A program made the position numbers and the translations under genes. A stretch of DNA of 64,000 bases from Macrostomum lignano. Its lineage: Eukaryota. Below are positions 1 to 14,700 of the stretch, piece by piece. How positions within the stretch are numbered: position 1 is the stretch's first letter; each line of letters starts with the position of its first letter. The stretch covers positions 124,001 to 188,000 of the forward strand of contig NIVC01001151.1 in NCBI GenBank assembly GCA_002269645.1, written 5' to 3'. The notes under the pieces were generated by a model, which saw only the letters and a program-made list of their open reading frames with translations, was not told where the DNA came from and searched no databases.

Positions 1-179
1 AAGCTTCTGGGGCTCAAATGTAGTGCATGCTTCTTTAAAACAGTCGACTCAAGTCGAGTAGATGCTTTTTTGAAGGCAAGTACCGATAAATACATGCAAA
101 CAAGCGGGCTTTCAAATAATTTTACAATATTTACGAGTGTTGCGTCCTGATACAACGGTAACTTCTAGTGGTCCTTGGT

Positions 180-400
180 TCGAAGCTTCACAAGCTTTAA
201 ACTCCATAAACTCGAAGCTTCACAAGCTCAAAAACTCCATAAACTCGAAGCTTCACAAGCTCAAAACTCCATAAAATCGAAGCTTCACAAGCTCAAAACT
301 CCATAAACTCGAAGCTTCACAAGCTCAAAACTCCATCAACTCGAAGCTTCACAAGCTCAAAACTCCATAAACTCGAAGCTTCACAAGCTCAAAACTTCAC
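180..400. repeat. 32-bp minisatellite CGAAGCTTCACAAGCTCAAAACTCCATAAACT, ~7 copies
   Basis: Direct inspection. Confidence 0.9.
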
Positions 401-467
401 AGGCTCGTAATTCCATAACACAAACTCAAAACTTCATAAGCTCCTCTCCCTCACCTCATGTCTGCAG

Positions 468-1553
468 GCTTCTATGGCCGGGCCTGTCAGCACGAGGTCC
501 TCAGCTGCGACGATCACGGCACTTGGAACGCCACTAGACTGGCCTGCGACTGCCAGCCCGGCTACTCGGGCGCGCAGTGCACCTACAAGTTCGCCGACAC
601 GGCCGGAGATCAGAAACCGTCACCCTGGCATCCGCTTCAATACGACGGTCGCGGCTTGTCTCCAAGATTTTTTCATCAATCAGTGTTCAATCAACAGCGA
701 GCGACATACTTTGCATTCGGTGGCAGAACGCTGAATAATTGCCTGTCAGATTTGGTTGCCTACAGTTTCCATGGCAACGCTTGGGCAACCATTTCGCCAG
801 CTGTTGGGTCCAAAGCGCCAGTGGCTCGTTACGGTCACGTGATGGCTACTGTTGACGACTATATTCTAGTCTATGGAGGCTTGACCTTCAATGACAGCAT
901 CCTGGGCGATATGTGGCTGTTCAATCTGACTGAATCTCGATGGACTGAAGTCTCTTTGCCATCCTCTACCGACGCGGCTGACTGGCGACCCCAGCCTGTC
1001 GGTCTGGCCGCCTCCGCTGTTGACGAGGCCAATCGCCGCTGGTTCATCTTCGGCGGCCGGGCTGCCAACGGTCGCTGGTCTGGCGAGATGTTCAGCGTCG
1101 ATCTAGCACCCGGCGGAGTTGACAAGCTGTCTGTCAGGCCAGTGGGTTATGCGGGCAATGCTCAGAATGGGCCGCATCTGCGTCTGCCACGAGAGGGTCA
1201 CTCGATGGTGCACGATCCCGCCACCGGCAACCTGCTGGTGTTTGGCGGCGCTCCGGCCCCGGACCACCGCACCGGCTATCGGGTGCTGGAGAGGCGGCGC
1301 TACAGCTCCGAGCTGATGGCCTTCCACCTGGCCAAGCGGGTCTGGTCAGCCCTGGCCGGCTCCTCCGCGGTGCAGCCGGATGCCGTGGCCTACCACGGAG
1401 CTGCTCGGATTGGCCGCTACCTGGTTGTGATGGGCGGCGCCGTCAACTCCGCTAAAGGCGGTCCCTCGCTAGATGGCTGCTTTGCCGACACGCAGTACCT
1501 GTATCATATCGACTGCGGTGTGTGGGTGGAGCCCAAGGATGTCATTAGAGCTG
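468..1553 (+). CDS. MEGF8: MEGF8 exon: EGF + first kelch propeller
   Basis: Acceptor tctgcag|GC at 467/468 (phase 1), donor G|gtgag at 1554; kelch GG motifs FAFGG, VYGG, FIFGG, VFGG, VMGG. Confidence 0.9.
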
Positions 1554-1589
1554 GTGAGCTCTGCCTATCCATCTATTAATTTATCTATC

Positions 1590-1652
<63 letters not shown>

Positions 1653-1915
1653 GTATCTATGTATCTATGTATCTATGTATCTATCTATCTATCCATCTAT
1701 CTATCTATCTATCCATCTATCTATCTATCTATCTATGTATCTATGTATCTATGTATCTATCCATCTATCTATCTATCTATGTATCTTATCTATCTATCCA
1801 TCTATCTATCCATCTATCTATCCATCTATCCATCTATCTATCTATCTATCTATGTATCTATCTATCTATCTATCGATCTATCTATCTATCCATCTATCTA
1901 TCTATCTATCTATCC

Positions 1916-1958
<43 letters not shown>

Positions 1959-1979
1959 CATCTATCTATCTATCTATCC

Positions 1980-2010
<31 letters not shown>

Positions 2011-2011
2011 C

Positions 2012-2057
<46 letters not shown>

Positions 2058-2079
2058 GTATCTATCTATCTATCTATCC

Positions 2080-2137
<58 letters not shown>

Positions 2138-2743
2138 GTATCCAGTGTCAAAATTCCAGTTTAAAAATGTGAAGCCTCACAAGACCAGCTTCACAAAAAC
2201 TCCCATCTAGTAAATAGTTAATGCATTTTAAATCTCTCTCTTAGAGGGTGTGCGTCACAGGTTTTATGTGAGGCTCTGCTTGCTGCAGCCGGCCTATTGT
2301 TCCAGTTCAGCCGCTGGTTTGAGTGGAATTTTGCTCTTCTATTTATTAGCATTGTAGGCTGCAGCTGGGCGGGTCGTATAAAAGTACAGCAAAGTCTATA
2401 TGTTTGCACGCGCAAGTCGCGCCTCATTTTTGTTATTACTTGAAACTTGCACCAATCCCGATGCGCTAATCGTGCAGCCGCTCCTGTTGTCTGAATTATT
2501 CATGCAGCTGCCCCGGCGGTGCCATTCAAGGGCGCCATGGGGCTCACAGCCACTGCTGTCAACGAAAACGCCATCGTGTTTGCTGGCGGCTTCTCCGGGA
2601 TGCTGCACACCGATGTGCAACTGTACCTGGTTACCGGCAATGTGGCCAGGCACCGGGTGAGTGTCCTGTTCTGTCTGTCTGTGTGTGTGTGTGTGTGTCT
2701 GTCTGTGTGTCTGTCTGTGTGTCTGTCTGTCTGTCTGTCTTAG

Positions 2744-2790
<47 letters not shown>

Positions 2791-5700
2791 GTGACTGTAC
2801 GTATGTCTGTCTGTCCGTCTGTCTGTGTCGCCGTCAGACCAATCTGCCGCCATTAACATTAGTAGATTTTCTAACCTTCCGCAACCAAACGCCCCCCCCC
2901 CCCCAGAACGCGCCGCCCCAGTCCGCCACGCAGCGGTGCGCCAGCTACGGTCAGAACGAACTCGACTGCACCTCCGACATTGACTGCGGCTTCTGTCCGG
3001 ACGGCAGCAGCCAGCCCTGCCGCTCTCGCAGACGCGAGCTGACTAATAATACTTCTACAACAACGAGTTGCCAGTTGAGATCCACTCTGACGTGTACCGG
3101 CCTGTGCGCTGGCGCCCTGGGCAAGGCTGACTGCGCAGACGCCTGCCTGGGCGTCGGTTCCGCCGCCGGCTGCGTCTGGCAAACCGGACCGGCCGGTGGC
3201 CAGAAGTGCCTGCACTTGGTGGACTCTGTCGGCGGCGTGACAGTGACTAATAATAGGGCCGATTGTCCCGCTGATGATAGAATTTATTTGGCTTATCTGC
3301 GGCCCGATAATGCCAGTCTGATGTGGCCTGACGATGTGAGTTACTAGAGGGCTGTGTCCTCTGGAATAGTTTTTTAAAATTGAGGATAGCATCCTTTGAA
3401 TGCGATTCCCCGACTGTCCTTTGAAAAGCGTCCGCTATGGGTTCCCCCGGAATCGACTTTCATGGGATTTCACAGTATTGACCCTTCATGGGATTCCCAG
3501 GTATTGACCTTCATAGGATTCCACAGTATTGACCTTCATAGGATTCTCTAGTATTGACCTTCATAGGATTCTCTAGTATTGACCTTCATAGGATTCTCTA
3601 GTATTGACCTTCGTAGGATTCCTCAGTATTGACCTTCGTAGGATTCCTCAGTATTGACCTTCGTAGGATTCCTCAGTATTGACCTTCGTAGGATTCCTCA
3701 GTATTGACCTTCATAGGATTCCACAGTATTGACCTTCATAGGATTCCCCAGTATTGACCTTCATGGGATTCCCCAGTATTGACCAATGACCTTCATGGGA
3801 TTCCCCAGTATTGACCTTCATGGGATTCCCCAAGTATTGACCTTCATTGGATTCCCCTTAGTGTCAGGCTTGACGAAACGCAGCGTCTCCGAAAAAAGCT
3901 GTGAATCACATTCCTCTACTTGCAGATCATTCCAGTGTCAAGTGTCCAATCGGTGCCATTCAGCTACAACTGGCCTCAGCACCCGGCCCTGGACACTGAA
4001 CGCCGGTTTCAGAACTCCACCTATGCGCTGTACATGAGCAGCCTGGCAGAACTCTATCCTTTAATTGCCGATCCAACCAATGCTTCATTTCTTCAGGCAC
4101 AGCTTGCAGGCTGGAGAAATGCTTACAGATTGCCTACGATTTTTGCCGCTCTGGGTTGGAATTCCAGCATCGATTCTGTGGTGAGTTATCTAATGGTTTA
4201 TATTTGAGGTTGCTGTTTTAGCGTTATTGGGAGCTAGTCGCTAGGGTTCTGTTTTAGGTCAGGAGCAAAGGTCCTTTGCGTCAACGAGCTGGGTTCAATT
4301 AAAGTCATGAGCTAGGGTCATTTAAACTCAGGTATTAGTGCCACTTTAGGTCGGAACTAGTCTTATTTAATTTAAGGAGCTAGTATCATTTAAGGTCAAG
4401 GGGGGCCGTAGCCCAGCGGTAGCGCAGCTGCTCCGGTGTGCCAGCGACCCAGGCTCGACTCCAAGTGCAGTCACATTAATTTGGGGCTGAATTGGAATCT
4501 CGGCTTGGCTCTGCTCGTGCAATTAACGGCCTTGAGAGCCAACCCCCCAAGGCGCAGTGAAGTGTACATGCCTAACGATAAAATAAAGTTAGGGCCGCTG
4601 TACACTCCTGTGTGAGTGTGTGCCTGCGTACGTACCCGCGCGCTTGTGTGCCTGCTCAGGGGAGTCGGCGGAATGGGCAGTAATGCCTCTGTGCCAATGT
4701 CGCTTAAAGTGCGCCAGGGTGCACACAACCCCCTGCCTCTAATAAAAAAAATCATTTTAGGTCAGGAATTAGTATCATTTAAGGTAATGTGGTAACGATG
4801 ATTTAAAAATTCATGATCTAGCAGATCTATGATCAATTGAAGGCCGTATGCTATCTTTTAAAGTACATAAACTGGAAATGAACTGGGGTCATATAAGCTC
4901 AAAAGCAAACATAGTGGTTGAAAAGTGCTACTGGGCAGTAAAATCGAAGGCCACCCTCAACCACCCACACAGGTCCCTCTTGCAACGCAAAGCATTGCGG
5001 GCGTCGATTCAGTTCGCTTGGATTCCGGCTTCTACTTGTTCCCGGCGCCAACTGGCCCGGGGCAGCTGCGACGCCTGACTCATCGAATGGAGTTCAGCTG
5101 GTTTGGTCAGACTGGCAGCGCTAGCGGATTCTCCCTGAGTCTGCAGCTGGGGCGCAGGGTTGCCGAGGTGAGGCTTCAAACAAGCTTTTGATTAAGATGG
5201 GAGCACGTGCTGGCTTAGGAGTTGAGGATCTGGGAGGCTGGCCTAGCAACTGAGGATCTGAGAGGCTGGCATAGAAACTGAGGATCTGGGAGGCTGGCAT
5301 AGAAACTGACTATCTGGGAGGCTGACATATAAACTGAGGATTTGGGAGGCTTGCATAGAAACTGAGGATCTGGGAGGCTGGCTCAGCAACTGAGGATCTG
5401 GGAGGCTGGCCCAACAACTGAGAATCTGGGAGGCTGGCCCAGCAACTGAGGATCTGGGAGGCTGGCCCAGCAACTGAGGATCTGGGAGGCTGGCCCAGCA
5501 ACTGAGGATCTGGGAGGCTGGCCCAGCAACTGAGGATCTTGGAGGCTGGCTCAGCAACTGAGGATCTCGGAGGCTGGCAGCCCAGCAACTGAGAATCTGA
5601 GAGGCTGGCATAGAAACTGAGGATCTGGGAGGCTGGCATAGAAACTGAGGATCTGGGAGGCTGGCTATATTTGTGCGATATGCAAATTTAATGCCTCTCA

Positions 5701-8700
5701 ACTCCCCGCCGCAGGCGTACACCCTGCTGAACAGTTCGCTGCTGCATCCGGCCGCCATTGCCGATTTCGCCGACTGCAGTCGCCAGACGACTTGCCTCGG
5801 CTGTCTGCTGCAACGCGCCTGCGGCTGGTGCCAGTCGTCTCGCAGCTGCCAGCCGCTGGCCGCATCGGCCGTCTGCTCGGACAATCGCAGCCAGGCAGCT
5901 GTGCCGGAGCACTGTCCGGCCTGCAATGCGAGCTATGCGGACTGCGTTGGCTGCGTGGCTGATCCCGGATGCGAGTGGCACTCGGGCATGGCGATGTGCG
6001 TTCGGCGAGGCCGATTCCCGACGGCTGAGGTGGCCGGTCTGGTGAGGAATTCCTTGGTAGTTTAGTATATTGTGACTAGCGCAGTCCCCCCCCCTGCAGG
6101 CCGAAATGAAGCGGTTATTGTATATTTTAGTATATTGTGACTAGCGCAGTCCCCCCCCTGCGGGCCGAAATGAAGCGGTTATTGTATATTTTAGTATATT
6201 GTGACTAGCGCAGTCTCCCCCTGCAGGCCGAAATGAAACGGTTATTGTATATTTTAGTATATTGTGACTAGCGCAGTCCCCCCTGCGGGCCGAAATGAAG
6301 CGGTTATTGTATATTTTAGTATATTGTGACTAGCGCAGTCTCCCCCTGCAGGCCGAAATGAAACGGTTATTGTATATTTTAGTATATTGTGACTAGCGCA
6401 GTCCCCCCCTGCGGGCCGAAATGAAGCGGTTATTGTATATTTTAGTATATTGTGACTAGCGCAGTCCCCCCTGCGGGCCGAAATGAAGCGGTTATTGTAT
6501 ATTTTAGTATATTGTGACTAGCGCAGTCCCCCCCTGCGGGCCGAAATGAAGCGGTTATTGTATATTTTAGTATATTGTGACTAGCGCAGTCTCCCCCTGC
6601 AGGCCGAAATGAAACGGTTATTGTATATTTTAGTATATTGTGACTAGCGCAGTCCCCCCTGCGGGCCGAAATGAAGCGGTTATTGTATATTTTAGTATAT
6701 TGTGACTAGCGCAGTCCCCCCTGCGGGCCGAAATGAAGCGGTTATTGTATATTTTAGTATATTGTGACTAGCGCAGTCCCCCTGTGGGTCGAAATGTAGC
6801 GGCTATTGCAGATTTTAGTATACTGTGATCCCTTACAGACTGTGATTTATAGATCCCTACAAATGCCTTGCAAGCTCATCCATAAGTTAAGCTGAGTCGG
6901 TTGCGGTTAGTATGCAGTTGATATAGGGTGCGTATTCCAGTACCTTGATTGATCGATTTGCTTGATTTTGCAAGCTATTTTATTCACCGCTAAACACATA
7001 AAAACCAACATTGCTTACTAATGAGTAGCTTACAGGGGGCAGAGCAACCTAGTGGTAAACGTGTCCGACTCTCGCCGCGACCCCTGGCTCTATTCCGTGC
7101 ACAGCCAGGGATTATCTTGCGATTCTCTCATGAGGGTCCCAAGGCACAGAGACTGTACATGCCTGACGATTAGAAAGTCAGGGCCGCTGTACACCCCGTG
7201 TGAGCGTGTGTACGAGTGCTGTGCCTGAGTACAGTCCTGACGTGCTTGCATGTGCTCAGGAATCAGTGGAATGGGCAGAATCGCCTCAGCGCTAGTTGTA
7301 TGACAATCTTGCCGAAGACGTTGCGCCAGGTTTATATAGATTTATATAAATATTGCCATGCAGGTGACCGCCTGTCCAGCCATGTGTGAGCAGCTGTCCA
7401 ACTGCTCAGTGTGCCTGGCATCCGCTGGCTGCGTCTGGTCAGCTGCAACCAATCGCTGCCTGCCTCAAGGCTGGGTTGAGCAGCTCGACCTGCTCTCAGT
7501 CCAATCGCCCTGGTCAGATCTGTCTGCAGATGCCAAGTTCTGTCAGGACTGCTCGTCTCGCACTCTCTGCACTGACTGCCTGCGCGGCCCGCGCACCTGC
7601 AGCTGGTGCTACTCGCCTGGCCAGCCTCATCTTGGCCGCTGCTTGCCTGGTCTGGATGCCAACTGCAGCCTGAAGGCCGGCTCCAATCTCACCGCATTGG
7701 CCTCCTTTACCTGTCCGCCTGTTGATGAGTGCGCCCTGGGCTTGGCTACCGACTGCCATCCCAATGCCACGTGTACGGACCTGCCCAGCGGCTACAAGTG
7801 CGTCTGCAATCCTGGTGAGTGCGACTTGATTCTCAGTTGCTGAGCTGCCAGCCTCCCACATCCTCAGTTGCTGAGCCAGCCTCCCACATCATCAGTTGCT
7901 GAGCCAGCCTCCCACATCCTCAGTTGCTGAGCCAGCCTCCCAGATCCTCAGTTGCTGAGCCAGCCTCCCAGATCCTCAGTTGGTGAGCCAGCCTCCCAGA
8001 TCCTCAGTTGCTGAGCCAGCCTCCCAGATCCTCAGTTGTTGAGCCATCCTCCCAGATCCTCAGTTGCTGAGCCAGCCTCCCAGATCCTCAGTTGCTGAGC
8101 CAGCCTCCCAGATCCTCAGTTGCTGAGCCAGCCTCCCAGATCCAGTTGCTGAGCCAGCCTCCCAGATCCTCAGTTGCTGAGCTGCCAGCCTCCAAGATCC
8201 TCAGTTGCTGAGCCAGCCTCCCAGATCCTCAGTTGCTGAGCTGCCAGCCTCCAAGATCCTCAGTTGCTGAGCTAGCCTCCCAGATTTTCTGTTGCTGAGC
8301 CAGCCTCTCAGATCCTCAGTTGCTGGGCCAGCCTCCCAGATCCTCAGTTGCTGTGCCAGCCTCCCAGATTCTCAGTTGCTGAGCAAACCTCCCAGATCCT
8401 CAGTTGTTGGGCCAGCCAAAATAAAGAAACTCCCTCCAAAGCGTTGGCAACCCCACTCCGCAGGGTTCGTCGGCAACGGCTCTGTCTGTACCCGAGTCTG
8501 CCACCCGGCCTGCCAGAACGGCGCCCGGTGCTCCGGCCCCCCTGACTACCGCTGCCTGTGCCCGCTCGGCTGGACCGGGCCGGACTGCTCGCAGGACTGC
8601 GGCTGCAACGGGCACGCCAACTGCTCCGGCGGTGTCGGCATCTGCGACGCCTGCCAGCACGGAGCCGCCGGCCAGTCGTGCGAGTTCTGCAGCCCCGGCT

Positions 8701-11700
8701 TCTACCGTCCGGACACGTCCTCGCCCTCGGCCAGTTGCCTGCCCTGCCAGTGCCACGGCTACGGAGCCCCTCCTGAGCTGTGCAACAACTCCACCGGTCA
8801 CTGCCGTTGCCTTGGCAACACCGCAGGCGCCCAGTGCGAGACCTGCCTGTCGGGCTTCTCCGGCAGTCCTGCCGACGGCCTGCCCTGCTACTCGATCTGC
8901 TCATTGGATAAGCGGCAGACTGTGACTTTGCTAGCTGATACTAATAACAGTAGCAGCAATAGCAGCTGGCTGATTGGTCAGGCAAATGCGTTGCCAGGCA
9001 GTTGCTATGCGCTGGTGAGTGCTGCACCGGCTAGCTCAGCCAGTAGTCCGCCCGTTAGCTTATTGATTCGAGTGACCTTCTATGTACCCTGCCTGGCGGG
9101 GGCAGTGCACCTTTACAATGGTTCAGCTGTGGCTGCTGGCCTGGCATTCCACCCCAGCCTGCTGACCAGATGGTGCGGCACTCCGTCTGCTGTCACCAGC
9201 GGCGACTTTCTCGCACCAGCCGGCACTGCAGTCAGTCTTGTGTTCGAATCCAACACGGCCAGCTCGAATTTCACCGCCCTGTTTGCCGCTATTCAATGTC
9301 CGGAATGCGGCTATGGATACGTGTGCAACCGGGCTAGCGGCCTGTGCCAGGCGGCTGCCTCATCAACTGCAGCTGAGGGCAGCGCCGCCTGCCCGAACAA
9401 CTGCAGCAGCGGCAGCGGCGGCGGCATCTGCCGTAGCGACAGTCTCGGAGCCTGCGAGTGCAGCTCAAATCGGACTGGAGCAGACTGTTCTCAACAGTTG
9501 GATTATCGCAGCTTTGGCTATGACAGCCTTAGCGATGCTGATAGACTACCCGATAATCCTGCGTCTGTCAGGGGCCACCCGCCAAGGCTGTACGGTCACT
9601 CGCTGACCCGGTGCGGTGACTACCTGTATCTGTACGGCGGCATGGATCCGAGATCCGGCTCTGCTGGCGGCATCAGCCATCAGCTGTGGCGAGCTGACCT
9701 GTCCAGCATGCTCTGGTCCAATCTCACTGACAGGCTTAGCAGTCCCCTGCCAGGCCTGTATCTGCATCGAGCTGCCTGTCACGCCAATGACACCTTGGTG
9801 ATAGTTGCTGGACGAGCTAGTCCTCAGGTGTCTAGTCCAGACTCCTACATCTTCCTATTGAACACGAGTTCAATGCAGGTGAAATCGATGCCATGAATTG
9901 TCTGCCGAGTCGGCCGCAGCTTGTCGGATTCGACATGTCGCTGATTCCCGAGCCGCCTGGCAACAGTGGCCTGCTGTTCAAGCTGTACATCATTGGCGGC
10001 ATTTTTATGACCCCGAGCTATTCCTGGGAGCCAGCTGAGACCAGCACTGGGCCTCTAGTAGTATCTGTCTACTCTGACAGATGCCAGTGCGTTGGTTCCG
10101 CTAATTTGAACAGTCAAAGTCCTTCAAATGGACCTCTGGCGGTGTTTGGCCACTCGGTTGCCGCCTGGAGACATACTGTCTATTCGTTTGGCGGCATGGA
10201 ACACGACGGCGAGAAATTTTCGCCTAGCGACCATCTGTACGCCTACGACACTGTGCAGAGGAAATTTTATAAGCTGCCAGTGTCGCCCGGGCAAGTCTGG
10301 CCGAAACCCATGGCCTTCCACTCTCTGGTGTCCATTGGTGACTACTTGCTGCTGCATGGGGCAATGCCAGCTACTCTGGCAGCGATGCGGGCAGCGGCGG
10401 CGGCGGCTTTGTCTATGGCCCGGCCCGCAATTGGCTGTACAGCGTCAGGTGCAACCAGTGGCTGCCGTTGGCTAGCGATACTGTGCTGGTGCAGGTGAGA
10501 GTTGGGCAATGCAGCACCCTTCAGCATAATAGTTAGTCCCTACAGCATCCTAACTAGTCCCTACAGAACCATAATTAGTCCTTACAGAACCATAATTAGT
10601 CCCTACAGAACCATAATTAGTCCCTACGGAACCATAATTAATCCCTACAGAACCATAATTAATCCCTACAGAACCATAATTAATCCCTACAGAACCATAA
10701 TTAGTCCCTACAGCATCCTAACTAGTCCCTACAGAACCATAATTAATCCCTACAGAACCATAATTAGTCCCTACAGAACCATAATTAATCCCTACAGAAC
10801 CATAATTAATCCCTACAGAACCATAATTAATCCCTACAGAACCATAATTAGTCCCTACAGAACCATAATTAATCCCTACAGAACCATAATTAATCCCTAC
10901 AGAACCATAATTAGTCCCTACAGCATCCTAACTAGTCCCTACAGAACCATAATTAATCCCTACAGAACCATAATTAGTCCCTACAGAACCATAATTAATC
11001 CCTACAGAACCATAATTAATCCCTACAGAACCATAATTAGTCCCTACAGAACCATAATTAATCCCTACAGAACCATAATTAGTCCCTACAGAACCATAAT
11101 TAATCCCTACAGAACCAAAATTAGTTCTTACAGCACCATAATTAGTCCCTACAATACCCTAAAGCACCCATCCAGATCCCTACAGCACCCCACCCAGATC
11201 CCTACAGCACCCCACCCAGATCCCTACAGCACCCCACCCAGATCCCTACAGCACCCCACCCAGATCCCTACAGCACCCACCCAGATCCCTACAGCACCCA
11301 CCCAGATCCCTACAGCACCCACCCATAAGCCGCCTGTACCAAAAGTCGCACCAAACGTCCCATCACCCAGGGAGCGGACGCGATCAACTCCACTTTGTGG
11401 CCGACCGCCGATTCCGCATTTCCGCTTGTCTACCCGGCGGCCGCGGCCGCCCCGGCGGCAACACCGAACGGCACGGCCGGCCGCCCGGCTATCACTACGT
11501 GTACACCTACGGCGGCTCGGTGCACGGCCGAGTGAACGGCAGGCTGGGCCGATTGCGGGTGCCAGCATCGCCGTGCGAAGCCACTCGCGGCAGCGGAGCC
11601 TGGTGCCTGGCGTTCGGCTGTCAGGTGGGTTCGGGTGTTCTGTTGAAGTCTTTGTGTTGCTTGGTGGATTTTGGTGCTAAAATGCTAGCAAAACCGAGGG

Positions 11701-14700
11701 CCCTGGTACGCCGTATAAATGATCAAACTCAATATGCCACTCAAATGCCACAATACCCAGAAGCCATTAAAATATATTACCGAAATTTAAGAGCCACAAA
11801 ATATCCCTGAATTTAACTAGCTTAATGCCCCAAAATTCAAACGCCATAATACCCCCAATCCAAGCGCCAAAATACCCCCCCCCCCAAAACCAAGCGCCAA
11901 AATACCCCCCAAAACCAAGCGCCAAAATACCCCCCAAATCCAAGCGCCAAAATACCCCCCAAAACCATGCGCCATAATACCCCCAAAACCAAGCGCCATA
12001 ATACCCCCCAAAACCAAGCGCCATAATACCCCCAAAACCAAGCGCCATAATACCCCCAAAGCCAAGCGCCATAATACCCCCAAAACCAAGCGCCATAATA
12101 CCCCCCAAAACCAAGCGCCATAATACCCCCAAACCGCGCAGATCTGCTCAGGCGAGTGCAGACCGCCAGGCTTCGCCCCCGCGTCCCCCTCGGAGCCGTG
12201 CTCAGACATCTCAGCCTGCTCCGGCAATTCCTCTCGAGCTCCGGCGTGCGACACCCTGCTCACCAGCTGCTCCATCTGTACAGAGAAGAGTCTGCGCAAT
12301 GCCCCGGATCACCTGTCATCCACTGCGTTAGTTAATTGCGTCTACTGCAACGGCACGTGCAGATTAGCGCCCAATCCCAGCGTTAATCCTTGCGGCAGTA
12401 ACTACAGCGCGCTAGCTCCGGTGCAGTGCGCCAGCTGCCCTGCCGGCACCTGTCAGCGATGCTCTCAGCAGCCCAAGTGCCTGTACGCCGATGCCAGCTC
12501 CGGCGGCGACGGGCATTTGAAGTGTCGACAGAGGAAGCTGGACGGCTCGGAGTCTGACGTTGGGGTACGTTTAGGGATAAACTGCTTGTGATCATCTGTG
12601 AGACTGAATGTCATGATTGAGATACCGGTGATATTGATTGAGATACCGGTGATCGGAATTGAGATACCGGTGCTAGGGATTGGGATACCGGTGCTAGGGA
12701 TTGAGATACCGGTGATATAAATTGAGATGCCGGTGATAGGGATTGAGATACCGGTGATATGAATTGAGATGCCGGTGATAGGGATTGAGATACCGGTGCT
12801 AGGGATTGGGATACCGGTGCTAGGGATTGAGATACCGGTGATATAAGATGAGATGCCGGTGATAGGGATTGAGATACCGGTGCTAGGGATTGGGATACCG
12901 GTGCTAGGGATTGAGATACCGGTGATATAAGATGAGATGCCGGTGATAGGGATTGAGATACCGGTGATATGCATTGAGATACCGGTGATATGAATTGAGA
13001 TGCCGGTGATATGGATTGAGATACCGGTGCTAGGGATTGGGATACCGGTGCTAGGGATTGAGATACCGGTGATATAAGATGAGATGCCGGGGATATGAAT
13101 TGAGATGCCGGTGATATGGATTGAGATACCGGTGCTAGGGATTGGGATACCGGTGCTAGGGATTGAGATACCGGTGATATAAGATGAGATGCCGGGGATA
13201 GGGATTGAGATACCGGTGATATGGTTTGAGATACCGGTGCTAGGGATTGGGATACCGGTGCTAGGGATTGAGATACCGGTGATATAAGATGAGATGCCGG
13301 GGATAGGGATTGAGATGCCGGGGATAGGGATTGAGATACCGGTGATATGGTTTGAGATACCGGTGATATGAATTGAGATGCCGCTGATAGGGATTGAGAT
13401 ACCGGTGATATGGATTGAGATACCGGTGATAGGGATTGAGATACTGGTTATAAGGATTGAGATACCGGTGCTAGGGATTGAGATTGTGGTGATAGGGATT
13501 GAGATACCGGTGCTAGGGATTGAGATTGTGGTGATAGGGATTGAGATACCGGTCCCGTTGAAAACGAGACCGTGACAAGAGTCGCTAAAAAGTCATTGCA
13601 AACAATTATTCAGTGACTCTAGCGCGTCTGGGGCGGCTCTTGTGACTTTTTAACGACTCAAACGCGTCAAATGCGACGGAGAGGTGACTGCTGTAATCAC
13701 AAGCGCGTCACGTGAGTTGTAGAAGCGTAAAAGAGTCGCGAAAAAGTCGTCCAAGAATCGTTGTGCTGGCGCTTAACTTTCTACTAACTCAGTAGGCTAG
13801 TTAGTGAAATTTGAGTTCAATAGGCTAAAACTGAGTGTTTATTGCCGATGAAAATGGCATCTAAGCCAAGAAGCGTCCCGGAGTCACTTGCGTCGCCCCA
13901 GAGTCGATTCAGACGCGTTGATGATGACAGGTTAAATAGGAAAGAAGTGATTCTAAACGACTCTAAACCATGAGGATGGACAGGCCAAGAGGCACACAAA
14001 GCGCAGCGAGGCGGCAACAGCGCAACGAAGCATTAAAGAGGGAGCAGCAAACGAACTCCCCACAAGTTGCGAGCATTTTTTATTTTTCAATGTTTTCGTT
14101 TTAAAAATGGAGTGCAAAGAGTGGCGAGAGCGCAAAGACCGCGCGGCGGCATAAATAGGCAGGCCTCCCCCCTCACAGTTTAAACCCCAGTACTCCGCCC
14201 CGCGTACATGTACATTGGCAAGCCACTGAACGCGGCAGAGTAATGGACACATGCAAGTCGCCAAAAATTTGCAGAAGAAGCGCTTTAGTCACTGTAAAAT
14301 CGTTAGTGCATCACTTCTGAGTCGATGAGCATGCATTTTGTATTTTCCCAGAAATGAAGATCCAACAGTCTGTTTAATGCCGGTAGTACCGACTCTGTAA
14401 CGCGTCCAGAGCGCCTCAGAAGTGACGCAGTAACGATTCTACAGTGACGCTAAAGTGCTTCTTCTGCGACTTTTTAGCGACTGCAGAACGCCGGAAATGA
14501 CTCAAATTCCTCAAGCGACGCAAATGCGCTTCAAACACAACTCAGATGACTCTAATGCGGCTTTGGAACGCCTTAAATACGATTCTACGACCCCAGAATC
14601 GTTATACCGTCGCCCTAGAGTCATTAGAGTCGCGCCAGAATCACTTGCGTCGCCCCAGAGTCACTAGATTCGCGCCAGAATCACTTGCGTCGCCTCCAGA

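Noticed and set aside
1473-2210. Long SIYL-type ORFs, and similar ORFs at 18246-18808 and 60382-60612
   Set aside because: Translations of (ATCT)n/(TCTG)n microsatellites inside introns
4401-4475. Functional tRNA gene
   Set aside because: No convincing acceptor stem or anticodon arm; continues into a body shared with a second copy, so it is a SINE head
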